From: an uncultured archaeon
Lineage (GTDB): Archaea; EX4484-52; JAADEF01
Direction: 5' to 3'
NCBI GenBank assembly: GCA_964407715.1
Contig: CAYOWP010000006.1
Coordinates: forward strand, 1 to 12,634
DNA: 12,634 nt
A program made the translations under genes and the position numbers. Positions 1 through 8,106 of the stretch are shown here, one piece after another (within the stretch, counting starts at the first letter, position 1; each line of letters starts with the position of its first letter). Under the pieces are notes generated by a model. It saw nothing but the letters and a program-made list of their open reading frames with translations, did no database searches and was not told where the DNA came from.

Positions 1-1
1 T

Positions 2-109
2 TGCGATATACTGTGCAATAACATAAAAGACATAATAGTTGAAACCACGTGTGGTATAAAAGACAAGCTATCAAGTCATCCTGCAAGGGATGAGATTTTG
101 AGGTGTTAA
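2..109 (+). CDS. Possible 3' end of an upstream CDS (truncated by window edge)
   Basis: Frame 2 is open from the window start (CDILCNNIKDIIVETTCGIKDKLSSHPARDEILRC) to TAA at 107-109, just before the TATA-like element of the next gene. No recognisable motif. Confidence 0.35.
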   Translation, partial: CDILCNNIKDIIVETTCGIKDKLSSHPARDEILRC

Positions 110-113
110 AACC

Positions 114-133
114 AAACAAAAAAATTATATATT
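114..133 (+). promoter_or_regulatory. Putative archaeal BRE/TATA promoter for the 158..1291 gene (likely leaderless)
   Basis: A-rich run followed by TTATATAT at 125-132, about 25 nt upstream of ATG 158. No SD before the ATG. Confidence 0.5.
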
Positions 134-157
134 TATCCTGCCCTAAATATTTTCTAT

Positions 158-1291
158 ATGGTAGAATTATCCTTAAAAAAATTTAATTTTAGATTTGAGA
201 ATATAAATGTGCTTGCTATTATTGTAATTTTAATTTTTGTTTCTCTTTCAGGATGTACGCGTTCAACGCCAGGATCTTCTTCTGGTAGTGGTGCTGGTTT
301 AGAGATAGCAAGATATGAGGTTTATCCTAAAACTATCTATGAGGATGAAAGTGTTGATATTGATTTGGTTATTGAAAATAGAGGAAGCAAGACATTGCTT
401 GATGATGCAAAATTATGGATTTATGGCCCTTCATCAAATGAATGGCTTGCTTCTGGAGAATTAGAAGATGCATTTTCATTATCTGGATTAATTATCAATT
501 TAGAGGATATGATGCCTGGAGATTATGATGAAGTTTATGGATCATTTGAATATATAGGAGATGTGCAACAAGGTACACATAAGGAATACGACTTCATTGC
601 TCGATTATGTTATCCTTATGTGACAACATATGTTGGTAATTTTTATGTTGTGTCGAGAGATGAGGCAAGGTTAGAGAGAAAAACTGGAAACATTTATGAT
701 GTATTATCCTCAGGACCTATAGGCATAAGTTTTGAGAGAAGGGAGAGAGTGATCACAGGTAATGTAGTAAAAGAAACAGGAAAAGCCGTGAGAGGTAGCG
801 TGTATATAGGCGGAGAGACAGAGGTAGAGGGAATCTCTATAAGAATTCAAGGAACCTATAGAACAGGTACAGGAGAAACCGTAAGATATGTAAGTTTACC
901 CATAAGGATTTATAATCGCGGGGATGGATTTCCAACATTGCCTTCAGAATGTGAACTTGGACCAGATGTTGATTCTGAAGAAAGGGGATATGTAGCTGTG
1001 AGAGTATTACTGGATGGATATGATATCACTCAGTCATGTTTTAGGGATGAGGATACACGTAGGGTATCTGTAACATACAATAATGGTAATGTTGGTGTAG
1101 GATGGTTTGGAATTGTAAAGTTAAGAAGGGAGAGAGATAGATATACAGAGGGAAGAATCACATGTAGATTAGAAGGGCTTGATTTTGATACACCAGAAAG
1201 ACAATATACTCTTGAGGTAGAGGCATACTATGACTACTATACTGAGAGAAGAGATCGCGTGATAGTTAGAAGTGTTGAGGACATATATTAA
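158..1291 (+). CDS. Secreted/lipid-anchored surface protein of unknown function, predicted Ig-like beta-sandwich domains (paralog 1)
   Basis: Basic N-region, hydrophobic stretch and lipobox-like SLSGC, then a Ser/Gly linker. Beta-rich body with motifs P.TIY..E.V...L.IEN, ARLCYPY, SGPI, IYNRGDG and YDY shared with the next ORF. Confidence 0.8.
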   Translation: MVELSLKKFNFRFENINVLAIIVILIFVSLSGCTRSTPGSSSGSGAGLEIARYEVYPKTIYEDESVDIDLVIENRGSKTLLDDAKLWIYGPSSNEWLASGELEDAFSLSGLIINLEDMMPGDYDEVYGSFEYIGDVQQGTHKEYDFIARLCYPYVTTYVGNFYVVSRDEARLERKTGNIYDVLSSGPIGISFERRERVITGNVVKETGKAVRGSVYIGGETEVEGISIRIQGTYRTGTGETVRYVSLPIRIYNRGDGFPTLPSECELGPDVDSEERGYVAVRVLLDGYDITQSCFRDEDTRRVSVTYNNGNVGVGWFGIVKLRRERDRYTEGRITCRLEGLDFDTPERQYTLEVEAYYDYYTERRDRVIVRSVEDIY

Positions 1292-1334
1292 CTTAGAATT
1301 CTTATTGTTTGATTTTCTATCTTGGTGTGTTTAT

Positions 1335-2573
1335 ATGATAAAACACAAAATGAGAAACATAAAACATGCAATATTTTTTATTCTTGGTTTAAGTATTTTC
1401 ATTGTTCTTAGCGGATGTGTTAATTCCTCATCTACTTATTTGCCAAGGAATAGCATTATCAAGGAATTCTCATCAATTCCCTCACAAATATATTCGAATG
1501 AAGATGTTTATCTCAAAATGAGACTTGAAAATGACCAAGATTTTTTTGTAAAAAATATTTATGCGTATGTGTATAATGTTGGCAATGATTGGGGAATTAG
1601 AGATGTATGGGGGGAAAAAACACATAAAGTATCGACATCATCATGGTTATTTGATGTAGATGCTAGTTTTTATGTTAGTGAAGATTTTGAGATTGGAGAT
1701 AATAATGTTATTATCAATGGAGAGGTCAAAATAAATGATATGGAGAATATTCTTAAGGGAAAATTGCCTGAGATTAGTGTAGAAGATGCGAATATATTTA
1801 TAATGAGAGACGATATCAGCATTATGATTTATGATTTGGAAAGATTCTTTGATATTGCATATAAGAACAACTATGAGAGAGTGGCAGATGTGAATTTGCA
1901 AAGAGTGTATACCACAGCGGATAAATTGCCTCCAGTCTATATTAATTATCTCTATCCTCCTCCTGAGAATGGCATGGGTAGAGGGGAGGAGATAGAGATA
2001 TATTGGGTTGTTAAGCCTCCAGAAGATATTCCAAAAGGAAAAAAATTCTCTAATGAGGTTAAGGCAAGGGTATGCTATGAAGGAGTAAATCGCTTATCTG
2101 ATGCTATTCACTTTATCTCAAGTAATGAGTTCCTTTATAGGGATATTAAGCATATAAGAAAAAAGAGAGTTACATCACATAGTGGTCCAGTATCTTTGAC
2201 ATTGGAGGTTAATGATCCGGTAATTATTACAGATACAAACAGAGTAATTAGTATGGTTATTACAGTGAAAAATGAAGGCAATGGAGTGGTCACATCTGAG
2301 AGTTGTAAAGAGGTTATGGGAATTAATAAAAGGAAAAGAGATATTGAGAGGATAAATAAGTTTAATATAAGGATAGAGGGAGATATTGATTTTCAATGTG
2401 ACATTCAAAATGAGAACTTTTATTTAATGAGGGATAATTCTATAAAGATTCCAGTGTTCTGCTATGTTCAGATACCTAAGGGACTTCCAGAGCAGGAGAG
2501 ATATCTTGATGTGGAAATTTCCTATACATATTATGAAGATGTTTCAACAAAGATAAATGTGGAAGGAGTGTAA
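1335..2573 (+). CDS. Secreted/lipid-anchored surface protein of unknown function (paralog 2)
   Basis: ORF track starts at 1272, but ATG 1335 (GGTG 7 nt upstream) or ATG 1350 gives a proper signal peptide ending in VLSGC. Motifs PSQIYSNEDV.L..RLEN, ARVCYEG, SGPV, VKNEGNG and YTY are colinear with paralog 1. Confidence 0.8.
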   Translation: MIKHKMRNIKHAIFFILGLSIFIVLSGCVNSSSTYLPRNSIIKEFSSIPSQIYSNEDVYLKMRLENDQDFFVKNIYAYVYNVGNDWGIRDVWGEKTHKVSTSSWLFDVDASFYVSEDFEIGDNNVIINGEVKINDMENILKGKLPEISVEDANIFIMRDDISIMIYDLERFFDIAYKNNYERVADVNLQRVYTTADKLPPVYINYLYPPPENGMGRGEEIEIYWVVKPPEDIPKGKKFSNEVKARVCYEGVNRLSDAIHFISSNEFLYRDIKHIRKKRVTSHSGPVSLTLEVNDPVIITDTNRVISMVITVKNEGNGVVTSESCKEVMGINKRKRDIERINKFNIRIEGDIDFQCDIQNENFYLMRDNSIKIPVFCYVQIPKGLPEQERYLDVEISYTYYEDVSTKINVEGV

Positions 2574-2591
2574 ATATCAAGAGCAGAGTAT

Positions 2592-3278
2592 TTAACAATT
2601 TTTGATTTCTTTCTTTATGAGAGCAATTATTTCATTAAAATCAGAGAAGCAGAAATCTGCAGGACATGATGAGAAGGTGCGAGGAACATAAAGTGCAGTT
2701 TTTAGAGATAACTTTTCTTTAGCAATTTCCAAATCCTTGTGATAATCATCTCCTATTACTAAAAATATGTTCTCCATGCTATATCCAAACAGCTTTACAT
2801 AGGTATAATACTTCTCGCACGGTTTCATGCATTTGGTTAACTCAGGTGTAATGAATCCATAAAAATATCTTTTATATGAATCTCCAAGAGAATGGGAAAG
2901 TTTGAGATTAAGAAACCTCTCAAATTCATCGCTAAAGATGATAACAGGAATTTTGTTTGTTAAACAAAAATCCAAGAAATCTTTTATTCCAGGATTTAGA
3001 ATAAGATTCGAGATGATATGTGTGAAAAAGATATCTATAGCTTTTTTAATCTCTTTTTCATTTAGACCAAGCATGCGTAATGGAACCTCGCGCATGTGAT
3101 CTTCTGGATGTAAAGATTCTCTTTTTGATGATACAATATCATAAAATCTTTTTTTGATGGTTTCAAATGGCATTTTAAGAGTTTTTGCCACATAAGATAA
3201 CATGGCATCATAAGCGCTCTTTTTCTTATGAATTGTGTAAATTGTGTTATCTGCATCAATGAGAATTATTCTTCTCAC
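2592..3278 (-). CDS. HAD-superfamily hydrolase (subfamily IA-like)
   Basis: Motif I LIDADNT, motif II FSD, motif III KP, motif IV IGDDYHKD. GTG start with GGTG SD 5 nt upstream; 10 bp downstream of the GlmU-like gene, so probably co-transcribed. Confidence 0.9.
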   Translation of the reverse strand: MRRIILIDADNTIYTIHKKKSAYDAMLSYVAKTLKMPFETIKKRFYDIVSSKRESLHPEDHMREVPLRMLGLNEKEIKKAIDIFFTHIISNLILNPGIKDFLDFCLTNKIPVIIFSDEFERFLNLKLSHSLGDSYKRYFYGFITPELTKCMKPCEKYYTYVKLFGYSMENIFLVIGDDYHKDLEIAKEKLSLKTALYVPRTFSSCPADFCFSDFNEIIALIKKEIKNC

Positions 3279-3288
3279 TTTTTCACCA

Positions 3289-4539
3289 TTAAAAGTTGTT
3301 TGTTTTTACAATACCTTCTACTACTCCTTTGAATCTTACGTTTGGGTAGATTATGGTATTTGGCATGATTATTGTGCCTGGCATGGAGGTTGAGTTTGAT
3401 CCAATAGCTACGTTCTCACCACAGATAATACCAAGTCCTTTGCCATTATATTCTGTGAGTTTATTTTTTATCATCACCTTTATTTTTTTGTTGTCTAATC
3501 TTCTATTGGCTGTAACAAATCCGAATCCGCATCTGAAATCCCTATCAATAATGCTATCTCCTATATAACCAGCATGAATCTTAGCATTGCCCTGCAATAT
3601 TGATCTCACAATCTCGCTATTATAACCAATTAGAGAATCATTCTCTATGTTGGAATTCCTAATAAGTGTGTGATTTCCTATAATTGTGTTTTTTCCAATG
3701 TATGCAGGACCCCTTATGATTGCTCCTTCCTTTATTTTGGCATTGTTATCAATAATTATAGCTCCATTTTTTGTATCAAGATATGCATACTCTGAAATTT
3801 CCGCATTTTCCAATAGATAGATTTTATTTGATGGGTAAAGGTGTGAGATGAGATACTCAAAATACTTTACATAATCCCATGGATATTTTAAAGATGGTGT
3901 TTCAAACTCATACTTTACAAATGAAATTCCTTCTCTCATGGCTTTCTTTTTTATACTTTCCTCAAATGAATAATGATTTTTATGGATTTCTTCTTTTAGT
4001 AGATATCTGTTCAGAAAATCCTTTGAGAGAATATAAAAGCCTATTACTCTTAAAGGATGTTCATCCCATTTAGATGGCTTTTCAACTATATCAATAATAA
4101 CATTATCTTTGACTTTTACCATTCCATATTTTTCTGGTTCGTTTGTTCCTTTAACAAAAAGAGTTTCCTCTTTGATATTCATAAGAATTTCTTTTAAGTG
4201 ATTTGTCATTAGATGATAACCATTTGCTAAGAAAAATAAATCTGAAACATAATCTTTTATTAATGATAATGCATGTCCCACTCCTAAAGGTTTCTCTTGA
4301 TAAATTATATTGATTTTGTTAAGGATATTGTTATCCAATACTTTTTTCAAGTTGTGTGAGGGTGAGGAAATAACAAATATGTCCTTGAAATTATTATTAA
4401 CAAAACTTTCTATTACATGCTGCAATATGCTTTTACCAAGTAATTTAATATGTGTCTTATGTTTGTTATGCGAGATTGGAAACATCCTGCTGCTTTCACC
4501 TGCAGCTAAAAGAAAAACAGGCATATTGTTTCTTCCCAT
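3289..4539 (-). CDS. GlmU-like bifunctional sugar-1-phosphate nucleotidyltransferase/acetyltransferase
   Basis: N-terminal LLAAGESSRMFP, YQEKPLGVGHAL and VEKP; C-terminal hexapeptide left-handed beta-helix repeats with GYIGDSII and TANRRLD. Start more likely ATG 4539 (or 4524) than 4620. Confidence 0.85.
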   Translation of the reverse strand: MGRNNMPVFLLAAGESSRMFPISHNKHKTHIKLLGKSILQHVIESFVNNNFKDIFVISSPSHNLKKVLDNNILNKINIIYQEKPLGVGHALSLIKDYVSDLFFLANGYHLMTNHLKEILMNIKEETLFVKGTNEPEKYGMVKVKDNVIIDIVEKPSKWDEHPLRVIGFYILSKDFLNRYLLKEEIHKNHYSFEESIKKKAMREGISFVKYEFETPSLKYPWDYVKYFEYLISHLYPSNKIYLLENAEISEYAYLDTKNGAIIIDNNAKIKEGAIIRGPAYIGKNTIIGNHTLIRNSNIENDSLIGYNSEIVRSILQGNAKIHAGYIGDSIIDRDFRCGFGFVTANRRLDNKKIKVMIKNKLTEYNGKGLGIICGENVAIGSNSTSMPGTIIMPNTIIYPNVRFKGVVEGIVKTNNF

Positions 4540-4633
4540 AGAAAAAAAATATCTTATAATTTTTTTAAAGTTAATTATAATTATTAATGTTATCTTGCTT
4601 TCCAATGATGTATTGTCCAAATAATGTGTTAAG

Positions 4634-4672
4634 AAATTTTGTTAACGGGAAGTGTAGCCTATTCAAAGGGTT
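4634..4672 (+). repeat. Solo partial copy of the GGTTA...TAACC repeat monomer
   Basis: aaattttgttaacgggaagtgtagcctattcaaagggtt aligns with aaatttggttaacgagaagatatcgctattcagaaggtt (10941-10979). Confidence 0.75.
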
Positions 4673-4726
4673 AAACCGCTAGAAGTGCCATTGAACAATG
4701 CTTTCCAATGAGAGTCGGGGGTAGTA

Positions 4727-6025
4727 ATGATGAAAGAGAGCATTTTAGAACTTTCTTTTAAATTGCTTTCCTCATACACTCTATGTGATCACTGTTTGGG
4801 AAGACAGTTTGCTCAGCTATTAACTGGAACATCTAATGAGGAGAGAGGAAGGCATATAAGATATATTACTGCTATGTATATAGACACCTTAGAGGAATAT
4901 GAAGATAAACATAATAACTTTGCTTCTTTTGAATTTCATAATTGTAAGGTCTTAAGAAAAAATAATAATGTGAAGGAATGTTTTATATGTGGAGGGATAT
5001 TTGATAGAGTAAATGAGATAGCAAATAACATCCTTAAAATCATAGAGGGCTATGAATACAGCACATTTCTTGTTGGCATAGTGCCAAAAAAAGAGATGAT
5101 ACTTAACGAGGAGAAAATCTGGGAAGAGATTGGGGTTGAGTATGTGGAGCCATTAAAAGAGGAATTAAGTAGAGAAATAGGCAAAAAGGTTCATGAAAGA
5201 ACAGGGAAAAATGTTGATTTTGAAAAACCTGATATAACAATTATTGTGGATTTAGATAAGAATCTCATAAAGAAAATGGTGAAATCTCTTTATATATATG
5301 GGAGATACAATAAGTATGTAGAGATACCTCAAACAAAATGGATATGTAGCTTCTGTAATGGTATTGGATGTGAAAAATGCGGATATACAGGTAAAAGATA
5401 TACTGAGAGTGTAGAGGAGCTAATAGGTAATGTTTTGCTTAAGCATACAAAAGGAATAGATACAAGTTTTCATGGTGCAGGTAGAGAAGATATAAATGCT
5501 CTGTGTTATGGATGGAGAGAGTTTGTAATAGAGATTCATGAGCCAAAAATAAGATCCATTGATCTCGCTAAAATAGAAGAAGAGATAAATTCGATAAATA
5601 AAGGGAAGATAGAGGTTAGGGATTTGAGGTTCTCAGATGCTCAAGAAGTCAAGAAAATAAAGGAAAAGAGGGATAATAAGATATATCTTGCCGAGATTAT
5701 ATGTGAGAAGCCTTTTACGAAACAAGACATCAAGATATTAGAGGAGATAAAGGATCTTGTGATAAATCAGCAGACACCGGAAAGGGTCATTCATAGAAGA
5801 GCAGATAAGATCAGAAGAAGGAAGATATTTTTTGTTAAAGTATTGAAAGTGAATAAAAATGAGGCAAAAATAAGAATCAAAGCAGAGGCAGGAACATATA
5901 TAAAGGAATTTATTCATGGAGATAATGGAAGAACTCGTCCAAGTGTTTCATCTCTTCTTGGGAAGAAGTGTGATGTGAAGAGATTGATTGTTGAGAGGTT
6001 TGAGGAGAATGGAGATAAAAAATAA
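4727..6025 (+). CDS. pus10: tRNA pseudouridine(54/55) synthase Pus10
   Basis: N-terminal CDHCLGRQF and CFIC, THUMP-like region, YGRYNK, PQTKW, catalytic HGAGRED, QQTPERVIHRRAD, AGTYIKEFIHGDNGRTRPS. GGGGGT SD upstream. Confidence 0.96.
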   Translation: MMKESILELSFKLLSSYTLCDHCLGRQFAQLLTGTSNEERGRHIRYITAMYIDTLEEYEDKHNNFASFEFHNCKVLRKNNNVKECFICGGIFDRVNEIANNILKIIEGYEYSTFLVGIVPKKEMILNEEKIWEEIGVEYVEPLKEELSREIGKKVHERTGKNVDFEKPDITIIVDLDKNLIKKMVKSLYIYGRYNKYVEIPQTKWICSFCNGIGCEKCGYTGKRYTESVEELIGNVLLKHTKGIDTSFHGAGREDINALCYGWREFVIEIHEPKIRSIDLAKIEEEINSINKGKIEVRDLRFSDAQEVKKIKEKRDNKIYLAEIICEKPFTKQDIKILEEIKDLVINQQTPERVIHRRADKIRRRKIFFVKVLKVNKNEAKIRIKAEAGTYIKEFIHGDNGRTRPSVSSLLGKKCDVKRLIVERFEENGDKK

Positions 6026-6605
6026 TAAGGAAAAGGTCATTTTAGGAGCAGAGGCTAAGATAGTGCTTTTCAAAGATGTTGTTATCAAAGAAAGAATAAA
6101 AAAAGGATATCGACATGAGATATTAGATGAAACTCTGCGTAAAGAGAGAGCAAAGGCAGAAGTAAGAATAATTAAACGACTAAGAGAAATAGGATTAAAT
6201 GTACCTAAGGTATTAGAGCATAAGGATTTTGTTATCAAAATGGAGCGTATTAAAGGAGTTACATTTGCTGATCTCCAACATTTTCCTGAAAATTTGGTAA
6301 AGGAACTTGCATCTTACATTGCTAAGATGCATAATCATGATATAATACATGGTGATTTGACATTAAGGAATATATTATTAGCGCATGATAATAAGATTTA
6401 TTTTATAGATTTTGGATTGTCTTTTATTTCTTCAAGATATGAGGATAAAGGCACAGATTTATATGTGCTTGAGGAGACATCCCGTACCACTGCTTTTCCA
6501 TTAGATATATTTTATAAGGAATACTTCTCAAAAGTTCGTAATTCTCACCTTATAAAATCAAGATTAGAGAAAATAAGAAGAAGAAGGAGATATCTTGGTA
6601 GTTGA
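6009..6605 (+). CDS. bud32: KEOPS complex kinase/ATPase Bud32 (stand-alone, not fused to Kae1)
   Basis: GAEAKI, KERIKKGYRH, HGDLTLRN, IDFGLS, EDKGTDL and a C-terminal RRRY tail. Likely ATG 6009 overlaps the pus10 3' end by 17 bp. Confidence 0.93.
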   Translation: MEIKNNKEKVILGAEAKIVLFKDVVIKERIKKGYRHEILDETLRKERAKAEVRIIKRLREIGLNVPKVLEHKDFVIKMERIKGVTFADLQHFPENLVKELASYIAKMHNHDIIHGDLTLRNILLAHDNKIYFIDFGLSFISSRYEDKGTDLYVLEETSRTTAFPLDIFYKEYFSKVRNSHLIKSRLEKIRRRRRYLGS

Positions 6606-7652
6606 AATTTTTCTTAACTTCGATACTCCTTTGCGTGTTTCTCTTGGAAGATGTCTTAAAACCTCCCATAGATGATCATGTCTTTGTATTTTTCTTTTAA
6701 ATTTTGTTATTCCCATGTTATATATAACCCATAGATACTTCTCATGTGAATCAGGAACTATCTTTAGGTGTTCTCTACCTACAAAGTGATAGGGAGATCT
6801 TCTCACTAACCTATATTTTTTGCCATCTCTTATTAATTGAAGTGTTCCTATATCAGTTTTTATAGCATACATATATAAGGCACCTATAAGTGCATTGTGT
6901 TTTGGATTTAAGGCAACCTCTTTCCATGTCTTATTCAGAACACCTTTATGAGAATCTAAGGCAAGAAATAATGGGGTATAGTAATATTTTATGTCCCTCA
7001 ATAATTTTTTATCAATCCCCTCATCTTTTACTTTTATAAACTCGAAGGTATATGGATTCCTTATATCCACATGTGATAAAGAATCCTTTTCAACATATCT
7101 ATCCACATAATACTTAGATAGCGCATATAATCTTTTAAGTTCATCAAAAGATTGTTTCTTAATTTGCATTAATCCATATGCTTTTTTGTTGGAAACTATA
7201 TCATAACGAAAATTGCTCTCTATATATGCTGTCTTTATCAGAAAATTTTCTTTAAATCCAAGTTCCTTTTCAAGCTGTGATAGATATTCTTTGATATTCT
7301 CTTTATCACTTATTTCCTTTTCTTCTCTAATTTTGTTGCGATTAAATATCTCATTATAATATTTAAATGTCTCCCATATCTCTGCTTCCTCCTTGCATTT
7401 TAGATACTTATCTGTGCATTCCTCAATATCTCCAACAATAAACACTTTATTTGAATTTTTTAAGAACTCTGCTTTTTCATTTAAGCATGAGTTGTATTGA
7501 GTTTCACAGTATTCCATAGTAGGATGAGTAGCAATATATTTTTCCCTTTCATTAAACACTTTATTTTTGAGAAATAAGTAACTTCCAAGAGTCATTTGCA
7601 GCGCAGCTATTACTGATCCACCCACATACAATAACTTTTTAAATGTTTTCAT
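6564..7652 (-). CDS. Membrane-anchored lytic transglycosylase (SLT/lysozyme-like domain) protein
   Basis: N-terminal hydrophobic anchor. SLT motifs: catalytic AYIESNF, SNKKAYGLMQI, NPKHNALIGALYM and YNMG. GAGGT SD upstream of the ATG. Confidence 0.85.
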   Translation of the reverse strand: MKTFKKLLYVGGSVIAALQMTLGSYLFLKNKVFNEREKYIATHPTMEYCETQYNSCLNEKAEFLKNSNKVFIVGDIEECTDKYLKCKEEAEIWETFKYYNEIFNRNKIREEKEISDKENIKEYLSQLEKELGFKENFLIKTAYIESNFRYDIVSNKKAYGLMQIKKQSFDELKRLYALSKYYVDRYVEKDSLSHVDIRNPYTFEFIKVKDEGIDKKLLRDIKYYYTPLFLALDSHKGVLNKTWKEVALNPKHNALIGALYMYAIKTDIGTLQLIRDGKKYRLVRRSPYHFVGREHLKIVPDSHEKYLWVIYNMGITKFKRKIQRHDHLWEVLRHLPRETRKGVSKLRKISTTKISPSSSYFL

Positions 7653-7779
7653 ACTCTCTACCTCATATTGCCACTTAAATATAGTTATATTTAAATATGT
7701 TTAATATAATTTTTAGTAAATTTTTTAAATTTAAAGTAATCATTAGAAATTTTCTGCAAAATCTTAGGGGTGAAGGAAG

Positions 7780-8106
7780 ATGAGATTTTGTAAGAAATGC
7801 GGTAATTTGTTAACACCTAAAAAAATAAATGGAATAACTGTTTGGTACTGTGAAACTTGCAATATTGAATATAAAGAGGAAAAGGATAACAAAGTGGTTT
7901 TGAGTCAAAAAAATGTAGAAAACAAGGAATCGCTGGTTGTAGTAAAGGAAAACAAAGAATCGTTACCTATTACAGAGAAAGAGTGTCCTAAATGCGGATA
8001 TAATAAGGCATATTGGTGGACTATGCAAACACGTGCAAGCGATGAGCCTGAGACAAGATTTTATAAATGTGTGAGATGCTCATATACATGGAGGGAATAT
8101 TCTTAA
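7780..8106 (+). CDS. tfs: Transcription elongation factor TFS (RpoM/TFIIS-like)
   Basis: Two Zn ribbons (CKKC...CETC; CPKC...CVRC) and the catalytic QTRASDEPET loop. GGGGTGA SD. Confidence 0.95.
   Translation: MRFCKKCGNLLTPKKINGITVWYCETCNIEYKEEKDNKVVLSQKNVENKESLVVVKENKESLPITEKECPKCGYNKAYWWTMQTRASDEPETRFYKCVRCSYTWREYS

Noticed and set aside
76-93. Hairpin TCATCCT-GCAA-GGGATGA as an IS200/IS605 end or ncRNA
   Set aside because: A single short stem within a probable upstream CDS tail, with no transposase or second end visible.
4540-4620. N-terminal extension of the GlmU-like ORF to 4620 (and of ORFs to 1272 and 5988)
   Set aside because: The extensions are low-complexity or overlap promoters and neighbouring genes; family motifs and SD/TATA positions favour the downstream ATGs.
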